This document shows, piece by piece, positions 52,271 through 64,000 of a stretch of DNA of 64,000 bases. The DNA is from Camelus dromedarius. Taxonomy: Eukaryota. The notes under the pieces are model-generated. The model was not told the origin of the DNA and did no database searches. It saw only the letters and a program-made list of their open reading frames with translations. Both the position numbers and the translations under genes were made by a program. The DNA lies in contig NC_087437.1 in assembly GCF_036321535.1 (NCBI RefSeq), forward strand, positions 117,802,001 to 117,866,000, written 5' to 3'. Each line of letters starts with the position of its first letter. Position 1 is the stretch's first letter.

Positions 52271-52789
52271 TCTCCTTTATTTTTCTGAAATAAAGTCCAA
52301 ATTTAATAAAGCTTGGTATATAAACAATAGGATTTAAGTTTAAAGGGTTTAAAGGTGGCAGCATAAAATCAGCATTTCTTTTCTTCCTGGAAACCATACA
52401 AAAGCAAATGGGAGAAACAGGAATAGAAAATACAAACTCTTTTATTTTTTTTGCATGAAATTAGAAAATGGCTAAAACTCAACCACAAAATAGTTAACTG
52501 GGCAACCAACAGTGTACACTGAGTAGAGGTACAAGCAGAAAGACAAGGAGAGATGGACCATGGCTGGAACTCTGAGCAAACATCAGCAGAGTATGCACTG
52601 TACAAGTTGGGGGCACATCAGAGAGACAAAATGGACATCAGTGACCACAGTGCGCCCGGGCTGGGTGGGGCAGGAGCCTCCTTGGACCTAGTGTGGTCTT
52701 AGAACCAGTGAAGGAGGGCTCAGTGAGGCACCAGGCATTTTCACAAAGCAATTTCTTTCTGAGGATATGTATTTTCTCCATGTGAACAC

Positions 52790-53420
52790 TAAAGAGGAAG
52801 CTAGCAAGGAGCAAATGAGCAAAGACACCACAGAAGAAAATGGAAGAATAAAACAGGGAGAGGAATCAGATTACAAACTCTCATCCGAAAAATGTCATGA
52901 TTTAGACAATAACTGTGAATTAAACAGCCACATGTCTATGAAGCGAGAACTTGAGAAAGAATGGTGAGCTGGCAGAACTAGAGAAAGAAGGGGAAAAATA
53001 AAATCACAAAAATGAGGGCAAAACTGGAGAGAGCACAAAGGAGAACAGATTTTGTGGGGGGAGAAACAGAGAATAAACATAAAAAAATTAAAAATGGAAA
53101 TTAAATAAGTTAAAAAATCAGAGAGAAAATGACAGCTCTGGAGGACAGGTCAAGGGAATCTAATGCCACCATAATTGGAGACACTGAAAACAAAATGCAA
53201 ACATTGACAAGAAGAAATATTTAAAGATATGATTCAAGAAAAATTTTCTTACATGCAAGGTGATTTGAATCTGCATATGAAATAGGCATGCCACAACTGT
53301 GGGAAAATTGACCCCAAATGAATAACATCAAGGAACAGACTATAAATTTACTGGACTTCAAAGTCAGCTCTTTGGTGTATTCAGGGGAAAAAAAATAAAG
53401 TTCTTTCTAAGAGAAAATCA
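52790..53420 (+). mobile_element. HAL1/old L1 ORF1 remnant
   Basis: ggaggacaggtcaagggaatctaat...ataattggag, gatttgaatctgcatatgaaataggcatgcc and ttactggacttcaaag. Confidence 0.55.
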
Positions 53421-54024
53421 GGCAGCCTCCATTCTCTCCCTGGAAGTAATGCAAGCTACTAACCTCCTTCCAACTAAACTGACTAAAGTGCAAAAAGGCA
53501 GGAATCAATATGAACAAAGAACCTGGGATATTCCTCACTGGAAAATGACAGCTGAAGGATGAGTGTTGAACACAGATCAATCTGACATGGAACTGAGGTG
53601 ATGCTAATGTGGGCCATATGGTGGCAGAGCAGAATGTAGAAGGGATAAGCCCTGACCACGGAGAAAGTGTTCATCAATAAAAAAATAATTAGGGTATTTG
53701 AAAATGTATCATTGCTTAGAATACTGGGAATTGGGCTGTGTCTACAGAGAGAGAGGCCCAAACTCCTGATGTTGACCCCAGGCTGAAATGACACCTCCAC
53801 CCCCTCTCAAAGACCCGGACTTCATATTTAGCTCCTCCCTTTCTCTCAAACATCCAGTCCATCAGCCAGATAGATTCAGAAACCAACTGCCCCTTCTTGA
53901 CTGCTGGTTCGCCCAAGCCACATCACAGCAAAGGCCTCCTAACAGGTCTCCAGCTGCAAATCCCTCCCTCCATACAGTCTGCTTTCAACAGCAGGGCCAA
54001 CTGGATCCTATTAAAACACTGCTC

Positions 54025-54242
54025 GAGATTTTCAAATATTAACTACTATATATAAAAATAGATTTAAAAAAACCCAATTTCTTCTGGAAAGGACATGGAA
54101 ATGTATTCAATGTCTTGTAATAACCTTTAATGAAAAAGAATATGAAAGTGAATATATGTGTATATATATATATGCATGACTGGGACATTATGCTGTACAC
54201 TAAAAATTGACACTGTAACTGCCTATAGTTCAATTAAAAAAA
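54025..54242 (+). mobile_element. L1 3'UTR fragment inserted in an L2 remnant (about 53760-54720)
   Basis: caatgtcttgtaataacctttaatgaaaaagaatatga...gcatgactgggacattatgctgtacac...caattaaaaaaa. Flanking L2 motifs gctcaaatgtcaccttcttc and cctcctaacaggtctcc. Confidence 0.75.
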
Positions 54243-55429
54243 TGCTATGCAGAGCACACAGCTTCCCTTCATTACTCCAGTAGCCTCCTAAGTTGTGGTT
54301 TCCACTCCGTAGAGGAGGAGAGGAGAACATCACTGTCACGACTGATTCTAATCCCCACTGCCTGCACTCCCCCCACCCCCACACCCCCAGGCAAAGCTAC
54401 ATCTTTAAAATGACTGATGAGGAATCTGACCTGCTGGGACCTCTAGAACCTCCTTTTACTCACTCTGCAGTGAGTGAGCAGGACCCCACTCCAATGTCTT
54501 CCTTAGTGTGTCTGAAACATTCCAGGTATAGACCCACTTCTGTCCCTGGCTGTGGTCACCTGACCTTCAGTGCTCCCTCAGATATTCACTTGGCTCATCT
54601 CCCATTTCTTTTAAGTTTTTGCTCAAATGTCACCTTCTTCTGAGTCCTTCTCTGACCACCTTATTTTAAATGCAAATTACTCCCCACTGCTCTCTCACCC
54701 CCTACACCTGGCATGCCTTGACTCTTGTCCTTGGACATGGCTATGACCACAGCTTCCATGGAAGTCAGAAGTGGTCCTATCTGTGGGCAGCCAGAGAGCA
54801 AAGGATGTCCAAGCCAACCATGGGTTGGTGATCTGTGTATCGCTTGCATTAGCAGCCCCTATTTGTCCCCCAGAAGCTAACAAGGGGATGGCTCCAGTCC
54901 CCAGAACAGCAATTGAAACCTATTTCCTCCAGTGTAAATGACACACATTTGTTTAGCTATGGAGTTCTGGGAGCACAGGTGAGGTCCACCATGGTATTAA
55001 GCCCTGACTTTTTTTCCAATCCCTTTTAGACAAGAGACCATTTGTTCATGTAAAAGAAAAAAAAATCAGGAGACAGAATTGAATATCTTAGACTTTGTGT
55101 ATCCAGACCCAAGGTCAAAAATGTAATAACATTATTTTTCAACAAAGATTGTTTCATTTCTGCAATAGCTGCCCTTAAACCACTGCAATTTACTTTGGAA
55201 TTCTGCCGCCCCAGGATTAAATTGTTGCATCTCACAGAGGAACAGCCTGCGTACGTTTATTTATTTTATTTTTTTTCTCTTTTTTGGTGTGTGTCACACA
55301 TAGGGGAGCTGCACTTACGCTCTTAGTGACTATTTGATTATGGGAAACACATTCCACAGTGTGGCTGAATTTTTCTTAAGAAACATCTTTATTACTTGCA
55401 CAATTAAAATAATAATATACAATTTCCCC

Positions 55430-57150
55430 CTATTCTATTGAAAAATATTTTAAAACCAAGCATAATAACTGGTATTATTTTCATTGTTAAAAACAGGCAA
55501 TACTATAAACTGCGGGAGGGCGCATAAGTGAAAACGATGATGACCAGCGGCCAATGCATACTGAAATCTATAGAAATTGATTATTCTTTGAGCCAGCAAT
55601 TCTACTTATAGAAATTTATCCCCAGAAATAAAATGGACACATGTACAAAGATCAGTGAGACAGAAGTCACTGTGACATTTTTATAACTGAAAAACTGGAA
55701 GAATCAAACACAATATCCAGCAATAGAATTGGACACCCTTAGTTGCCTAGAGTCCATCCTCCCCTCTCACTTAGTGAAATAGCTTGTGTTGTAGTCATGA
55801 TGTCCACAGGCTTAGCTGTAATACAGCCTGCAGACCACCCCTGGGCAGTGAGCAGAATAGATTTATGAGGTATTCTGGATAGATCCTTAGAGGGAACTGA
55901 CTCTGTGTGCTCTTCCTCCTCCATGGAAATGCAGAAATGGTCATTGGACCTCAGTGGCCATTGACTGATGGTAGGAGATGCTTTTGAAGAGTGGCAGAGA
56001 GGAAGATGTAAACAGTGGGGGTCTCTGATGACTCGGGAGAAAAACTAATCCTGACCTATCTATACCCAGACTCCTCTTATGAGAAGGAATAAACCCTTGT
56101 AGCATTAGGTCACTGAACTCAGTCCTAATAAAGGCAAGAGAAGTTAGGCGTACTCATTGATATATGAATATAAACTCAACAGAGATATTAAAAAGTCATG
56201 CTGAACACCCATATTTGTTGTCATGGAAAGACATTCACAGTCCATTAACTGTAGAAAGAAGATTATAGGTCAGAAAGAATCATATGCTCACAATTTTTTA
56301 GAAAAACACAAAATTACATGCATATCTACAGATGTGTGTGTGTATATATACACACACACTTGCCGGGGTATGAACTTGAAAAACTAGATAAAATTGTTTA
56401 CAGTATTTATCTTTGATTATCTCTAAGTGATGTTATTCAAGTGGAATTTTAACTTTTAAAAAATTTGCTGAAATTTCTAATTTTTCTTTAATGATTTTAA
56501 GTTGCATGCAAATTTCAAAGATAAAAAGGCTTCTATAATTTAATCTGCACATCAGTGATGGGAAGGAATAAAGTGTCTGTAACGCGCATAACAGTCAAAG
56601 GGTTATTTAATCTATGAGAAACACTTAGAAATAAATGAGACAGGGAGATAAGTGTACAAGTAGCATGAATATGAAATTCCCTAAAGGGGAAACAAAAGTG
56701 GCCCATAAAAAAGAATAAAACGTTTTAAACATCATTAGTAATCTAAATTTGTAAATTAAAATGGGAAGCATTTCACCCAACACATGGTCAAAATCATGGA
56801 AAAAAAGGCTACTATCTGGCGAGAATGCAAGAAACACACAGCCTCCTACTACTGGTCAGTGTGTCAATTGCCCTAATATTTTCCAGTGTGTCCTGATCCA
56901 GAGGAGATCAAGAACGTGGTCACAGTATTTATAGGAATTTGCCTCAAGAAAGTAATGACACATATGCACATTGATTAACACACAAGGACGCTCAGTGCTG
57001 CAGTGCTCGCAGCAGTGAGAAGCAGGAAGCACCCTAAGGGGGAGGGAACATCGCACAACAGCAAACATTAGAAATTATTTTGAAGAAGAAAAGTGTCACG
57101 GAAAATGTTTGTCATATCACATAGTCTCATTATATAAACTAAAATTAAAT
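55430..57150 (+). mobile_element. Old L1ME-like 3' fragments with an MLT1-like LTR (about 55745-56130)
   Basis: tttgagccagcaattctacttatagaaatttatcccc (L1 ORF2 end) and cccagactcctcttatgagaaggaataaacccttgt (MLT1 3' end). Confidence 0.55.
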
Positions 57151-57559
57151 GTATGCTGTTTGTTTGCATGTAAGGCAACACAGGGGTACAAATGTGCCCC
57201 AAATAAAAAGTTTCATGGGCAGATACTTGCTTACTTGTCTAAATACTGGGGAAATAATTTTCCAAAGATGAGTAATTCTGACAATTTATACTGTGTCTCC
57301 AGATGTGTGGGCTTGCAGGGGTCTCCAAGCAGATCGTGGTTATCCAACATAGGCAGTCAAGGTAGAGCTTTCCCAGGTGCTGAAATAACATACATGAACC
57401 ACCTGCCTTCCCTACGTGGTCTTTCCAGGGGTATGTTACACAGGACACTTCATGGTCTGAATGAAAACACTCAGGTGGGTTTCTAGGGGTGTATATGAGG
57501 GAAGGAGTGTGGCACATATCTACTTGCAAGAAACATCTCTGGAAAAAATGCTCATCTCA

Positions 57560-57769
<210 letters not shown>

Positions 57770-59019
57770 TCAGACAAGATTGTGACTTATTAAAGGTGTG
57801 ATTTTAAGAAATCCAAGAATTATAATGAACATTAAAATATAGAGAATGCTTTACATATATGGAAAAATAAAACACAAGGTTTGTAATTTGGGATCAATTA
57901 AGGAAGGAACCTCAGTGCAGGTGATTTTTCTTATTTATATCAATGATCTTATGCAGCTGGAAGTTGCTTTGCACTGGGGAACACTGGACCCCTGAGTGTG
58001 GCAGTTTGACTAAAGCCAGGGAATATGGTATTCTGTCTTTGATTTGTGTGATGGAAGATCTTCAGGGATCCATTCTTGGGTGTGAAATGTTTAAAACACC
58101 TGATATCTTGTCTTCCTCTAACAAGAGATGAAGGGAGAATTACTAGGCCCTTTCTAAACACAAAAAGGAATAAACACGGTATTGCACTTTCCCAAAAACC
58201 TGATGAAGACACATACAACATTGTTCCTGATGTCAGTACCCTTCTAGGCCAAAAGAGGCCTATGGAGGCCAGCTGAAGTGAGGTACCACGATGGCTCTAC
58301 AAAGCATGTATTTTTTTTTAAATCAAGTTAAGTAATTACTTATTTGGTGAGTTTTGTGAGGTACTGAAAATACCCCATCCCTACACAAAACAGACACATG
58401 CATTCTGTTTACAACATACCTGCCAAGAGAAAGCAAATGCTTTAAGTTATTGTGACTGTAAGAGTATTCAAGTCTTCTCTTAAAGAGAAGATATAGATTC
58501 TTCTAAGAAAGGCAGCATCTAAAAGTGTTAAAATCCCCAAGTATTTTCCAGCAGATCAGTGATTAATTATAGGATGGATATACAATGAGACATTCCCAAG
58601 ACTATGTGACACGATATGGATTATGTCCACCATATATTAGATACTCAGCAAATGTGGGTGTTCTTCTCCTTCTCACAATTCCCAGTAAGACTAATCTTTT
58701 CTGTCTTGCAATTTCCAGAATTCTTCATTTTGAGGCAGAAATGTGGGCCTAGGTGCTACAGATATCTAGGAATTGGAGCCACCACATGAAGTGGACTGGG
58801 AGAAGGTTAGAGTCTACAATAGTTAGGCTCTTAGAAGTACGCTGAAATGCTATGAGCCATAGTCAACATCAATTTGCCTACAAAACAGCCAAGGAGGAGA
58901 AAACAATATCAAGACAAGAAACAGCTGGAGATGGAACTCTCTGCTGTGTCCCTGGAAGCAACAACAGAGTGATGACTAATAGCACAGAGACAAAGGCTAA
59001 ACACCTGCGTTTGATCTTT

Positions 59020-59220
59020 TGCTCTTCAGCTTTGCTACTCTTAGCTGAATGATCTTGCACAAGTTATCAAATGTCTCTTGGCTTTGATTTCCTTATCTGA
59101 AAACTGGGGACTCATTTCACAGAACTGGTATGGGGATAAAATGAATCAAGATTATAACATTTCTCAGAACAGTGCCTGATAGATATTAAGTGTTGTTAAG
59201 AGTGTCGGTTAATTTAGTAA
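59020..59220 (+). mobile_element. MIR
   Basis: cttagctgaatgatcttgcacaagttat...ttccttatctgaaaactgggg...cagaacagtgcctga. Confidence 0.7.
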
Positions 59221-60059
59221 ATGTAGGTATGTCCAGCTTTAACATATTAACAAACACAGTTTCCAACTCGCAAACTAAGTAATTTACACAGCCGAGGGGT
59301 TTTTTCAACATTGCTTAATTAGTAAGAAATTTTACCTCATTTATTTTGAGATGGTATTCTGAGACAAATGTCAATAAAATGCAAATATATTTAAAATAAG
59401 GTGATAAGGATTGTCTGTCTCATGGTGAGAAAATTATTCCTAGAAAAAAAATGCTGGAGATTTTCTAGAGCAGTCTTCTAGTAAAATTAATCAAACAACC
59501 TCAAGGATAGATTATAAAGTTTAAGACATCATGTCAGAATCAGTCTGTCCAGGGTGGAAGGTAAATATGCAGTCATCTGCATTCTGTGTCCATTTGACTC
59601 AAATTCTGTTAAGAACAAGGAATCTCTTGTCAAATGGGCAAGATAACTAACCTCTTGCATTCTCTCCTGCTGAATGTCTAATTATAATTGATCCACGATC
59701 CTTCCCGCAGTTTGGTTCTAATCCAAAGAAATGTTACTTAAAAACTGATCATAGATGTTTACACAGGAAATAATCATTGACAAATTATATATAAGGTAAT
59801 TACAGATGGAAATATCCTATTAAAATTGAGAATTATCTGTCATATGCCCCTCTTTAATCTCCTTGTATTGGGTACTGGTTCTTCCTTGAAAATGTGTCAC
59901 GTATCCTCAAACTCTCCTCAGTGCTGTGTCCTAGTCATGACAGGAAGGCAGAGTGGGTGGTGAAGTGCTACATGCCTTTTGTCCATCTAGTTTCAGCACT
60001 TCTAGCTTGGACAGCTCCACACATCTTGTCTGAGCATCAAGAACAGGAGTCTCTTTGTT

Positions 60060-60470
60060 GTCTCAGGGCCTTAAAGCAATGAATACTCACCCTTACAGGT
60101 GCAGCCCATTGGTGTGGGAGACTATCATCTACCAATGAGGGAGGGGCGTCAGGATAAATGCCCTGCCTCTCCATCCTCTAATCCTGTGGGACAATTCTGA
60201 GGTGTGTTCTATGCCTGCGCTGCTCAAACATCAGAGGGAATCTGAGTCACCTGAAGAGCTGATTAAAACCCAAATTGTTGAACTCTGTCCCCACAAATTT
60301 TGACTCTGGAGGTCTGAGATAAGATGCAAGATTCTGCCTTTCCCCATAAGCTCTCAGGTCATGCTGAGACCAACTTTGAGAATCATTGCTCTGTGTGATT
60401 CCTTGGAGGGTTCCCAGGAGGATCCTATCCTCACACTTTGCTTTCAGGGGAACTTAGCCTGAGACAAGGC
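60060..60470. mobile_element. LTR16-like fragment interrupted by MER5A-like element (about 60215-60390)
   Basis: gggacaattctgaggtgtgttcta and tgctttcaggggaacttagcctgagaca (LTR16-like). gagtcacctgaagagctgattaaaaccca...caactttgagaatcattg (MER5A-like). Confidence 0.55.
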
Positions 60471-60479
60471 CAAAACTGG

Positions 60480-61100
60480 CTCTTATCTGGCTTTCTGAAA
60501 TAGCTTCCTAACTGGTCTACCTGCTGCTGACTGCCCTACTTGAATCCATTCTCCACACACTAGCCTGAAAGATCCTTCTAAGACACAAATTGCATAATAT
60601 GACTTCACTGCTTAAAAATCATCAGTGCTGTCCCATTGTCCCTTGATACAATCCAAACCCTCACAGTATTCTGAAGGCTGTTTATGACTTGGGTTCTTGG
60701 TCTCCAGTATCATCTCTTGACATTCTCCTCTTGCAGGTTTTGTTCCAGACTGCCTATTCTCCAGTTCCCCCTGGGTCTTCACACATGCTTCTGCATTTCT
60801 TTGTTTAACATATAAATTATTATTTACATCTCCCCTCAAATTTCACTTAGTCTGGGACACCTTTTCAGATGCTGTGGACAAGACTTAGTGCCTCCACAGA
60901 ATCCTGTGTTACTCTGTCATAGCCTTTACCACACTTGTTTGGTATTGTTGGTTTAAATGCCTGTCCCCCACATCCAGCTGTACACCCCAGGGCAAATAAG
61001 AATCATCCGTTTCTTGCAGACCATTGCACCCCAGCACACAGCACAGTGCTGAAACATATAAAGTATTCTGCAAATGTTTGTTGAATGGACAAATGAATAA
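60480..61100 (+). mobile_element. L2 3' region
   Basis: gaatccattctccacacactagcc...cagcacagtgctgaaacatataaagtattctgcaaatgtttgttgaatgga. Confidence 0.75.
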
Positions 61101-62149
61101 AGGGATATTATTATTATAGTTTTAAAGAGTAAGAAATAGACCTTATCCAAGCAGCATGGCTCAATTAATAACTCAGATCAGAAGGACCTCAGTGCACAAA
61201 GTCTTTGAGTAGGATGGCTCCAAAAACACCGTATGATGGAAGAAAGCAGAGAGTACTATAGGAAAATTTTGGCCATTAAGATACAGAACAGGAGGTGGAA
61301 GGATGGAGAGCCACCAAGACTGTGACAACTTGGGCCAAAACTTATGATTGGACCCAAAGACTGAAGACTCTGTACTGTCTTGGTTATAATTCCCCAAAGT
61401 TGCAGGTTTCCTTTAAAAAAATTCTATTTTGGTTTCCTTTTATTTGCATAACACCTAATTTTTAGTGAACATAGCTACCAATATAGTTGGATTTCCAACA
61501 GTGAGGCTTTTCCAGTGGGGATGAGGGTGATTCAAGAGGTAAAAGGAATGGGTTCAACCAAACAATTAAGTCACATCCCCAAAAGGCAGTGTAGGCCTTG
61601 TTGCCATGCATTTCTCTGAACCACAGTTGGATGCACATCACTCCTGCCCTCCTAAAAAGAGTAATTTGAGATACATGTTTTAAAACACCCAAATCCTGTC
61701 ATGGGACCCATGTGATTCGACAGTATTTGAAGTCCCAAAGGGATTCCTTTGAGGGAGAGCTGCCTGCCCATGATGCTTAAAATGAGGGTTGTTTAAAATA
61801 CATGATCTTTGGCTTGGTCTGTTTCTTAAAGGAAAGAATTATTTTTGCTGTTTGTAAGGGAGATATAGTATGTTTATCCTAGGACAGGTATTTTTCAGTC
61901 TTAGGTGCAGACCGTTGTTTTATGTTTGGAATTCATGGCCTCTAAGTAGCTGTATATCTCTGAAGAATGGATGCAGGCTTCCCTAGCTGACAACAGGGAC
62001 AGGGATTCAGTTTTACTGAATAAAACTCAAAGCTATTTGGTGTTGGCAGTGGATGGTGGGGGTGTTGTGTAGATAAATACTGCCATTTTCTGCTGGATGG
62101 CATTTAGTCAAGACAGTGACTAATCAAAGTCTAGGTAAGATTTAATTTA

Positions 62150-62650
62150 TGACACTGGAAACTAAACTCCAATGGCTTCCCATCACACTCAGAATTGATG
62201 ACTTAACTCCTGCCTTCAAACCTTCCCCTACTTTCCTACTGAGTGGTTTCTTGCTGTCCTTTGAATGCACAAAACTCACTCCTGACTCAGGGTCTTTGTT
62301 CTTGTTGGTTTCTGACTGTAACTCGCTTCCTATAGAGAGACCTGTGTTTCACCCCTTTTTGGTCAAGTCTCTTCTCAAAATTCTCTCTGGAAAGTCTTAT
62401 CCTCCCCATCCTAACATGCCATCCCCTCATCGCTCACAATCCTCTTTCCAGGATTTACTTTTCACAGCACAGGTAGACACCTGACATCGTTTGTGTGTTA
62501 TTCTCTCTCTTCCACTGGAATGTGAGTTTTACAGGGCGGGGACTTGGTCTCTCTGTGTCAGTCACCACTGTGCCCCCAGCACTCAGAACATCTATTACAA
62601 AATAGGTGCTTGGTAAATATTTGTTGGAAAAAGTGATCGGATGCATGAAG
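62150..62650 (+). mobile_element. L2a 3' region
   Basis: aactccaatggcttcccatcacactcagaat...ccactggaatgtgagtt...aataggtgcttggtaaatatttgttg. Confidence 0.8.
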
Positions 62651-63529
62651 CAAAATGATAGCGTGAATATGGTATCAAAAACTGGACCCATAAACAGCAA
62701 CAAGATAGCGGCCTCATATAATTTCTATTTTTCCTGCCAAGTAAAGGGCAAGTAGGGGCTTTTTAGATAGCATGTTTGTTTCTCTACGTGGCAGTTCATC
62801 ATTAAAAGCCAGAAACAACAGACGCGTCAGAAGATACAAAGAAGTGTAAGAAAACTGACCTTTGGAATCACAGATAGGAAATCATAGTGTTGGCAGCTTT
62901 TCTCTCAGTGGTGCAGAGCCAATAATAGGAAGCAAAGGGCAGGTGCTTTTTGCCATTAAGTCCAGTACTTTCCCTCCAAATGGCTTCATCAATGCCAAGG
63001 TCACCCAACTGAGCAAGACATTAGGGTGATTATCAGTCCACCGCCAGTGCTTAAGCCCTGGGGCATGTATATAAGAGCTAATGGCATTTTATCTTTTAAT
63101 TTCACTTATGATAACAGCAATTTATTTTAAATTAAGTCTTCATAAATCTTCCCAGTGACCCAAACTACCAAAAACGTGCTAAGCTTTACAATGGCCCAAA
63201 GTCATATGACTCTGGTATAAGAAATAACCAGGAACTGGGTCTCGAAATTCCATTTCAATCATACCCCCATTCTTCCCACACCTCAGCTTTAACCTCCATC
63301 TCCCACACACAAATTCTCCCCAACTGCTGTAGATTCTTCAAAAATATATTGTAATTTTACCTTTTTGACTGTGTTCCCAAGGCCATCATTCTAATTAATC
63401 GCCTGATACTTGGATTATCCTCAGCCTTTTCTATGTAATGTGTCCTCAATCATGTTCCAAAGTTATGTAGATGTGAGTAGATGTAGCAGGAAGGGAAAGA
63501 CAGAAGGAGAAGAGCCGGGAAGAGAGTCA

Positions 63530-63720
63530 CCATCCCCTGAGGGCTCATTATGTGTCAGGGGCTGTGATAAATAAATACATTATTTTATTTAACCCCCAGA
63601 AAACCTCTATTATCCTGCTTTAGGAATAAGAAAACAGAGGTAAACGTAAGTTAAGAAATTTACTCAAGGTCACACAGCTAATAGGTGTCAAATTGTGATA
63701 AGGATGCAATTAAAACAGAG
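63530..63720 (-). mobile_element. MIR
   Basis: ataagaaaacagagg...gttaagaaatttactcaaggtcacacagctaatagg. Confidence 0.7.
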
Positions 63721-64000
63721 AGGAGCGGGGAGCAGGGCAGAGGTCTGAGGAGTCGGGCCTGCAGGCCGGGGGCCTTTCCCTGGTGCCCGCATCTGCAGAG
63801 GCACAGCCCACTAACGGCTGCCAGGCTGGTCCCCTCACCCCAAGGCAATCAGCTCCAGGGCTTCTGGAGTTACCATCACTTCTGTAAAGCAGGTGCTTGT
63901 TCATGGCAACAAGCGTATGAGCTAATCGGACGATGGTATGGCTTTTATGTCTTATCTGGTGCTGTTTATCCCTCATTGACCCCAGAAAATATGCTTGAAT

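Overview
Mammalian, repeat-rich intronic DNA, probably from a camelid (inferred from Vic-1-type tRNA-derived SINEs). The window lies inside DSCAM on the minus strand. Two coding exons are present: 57622-57741 (120 nt, not in the ORF track) and 39755-39928 (174 nt). Together they encode one Ig domain (Ig8, exons 10 and 11 by recalled human numbering). The rest is intron filled with LINE-1, L2, MIR, LTR (MLT1, MLT2/ERVL, MER21-like, LTR16-like) and hAT remnants. The most unusual structure is a retroelement stack at 1-11340. An inverted-plus-direct L1 is interrupted by a full-length, nearly intact 7.0-kb L1 with a 14-bp TSD. The stack ends in L1 poly(A), a short unique tag, A22 and then a YBX3-like 3'UTR retrocopy, with no outer TSD found. 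A clear twin-primed L1 with an 18-bp TSD sits 1.5 kb upstream of the 174-nt exon. I found no convincing new biological system. The findings concern retrotransposition mechanism and possible effects on DSCAM RNA. Repeat family names come from recognition by eye, and boundaries of old repeats are approximate.
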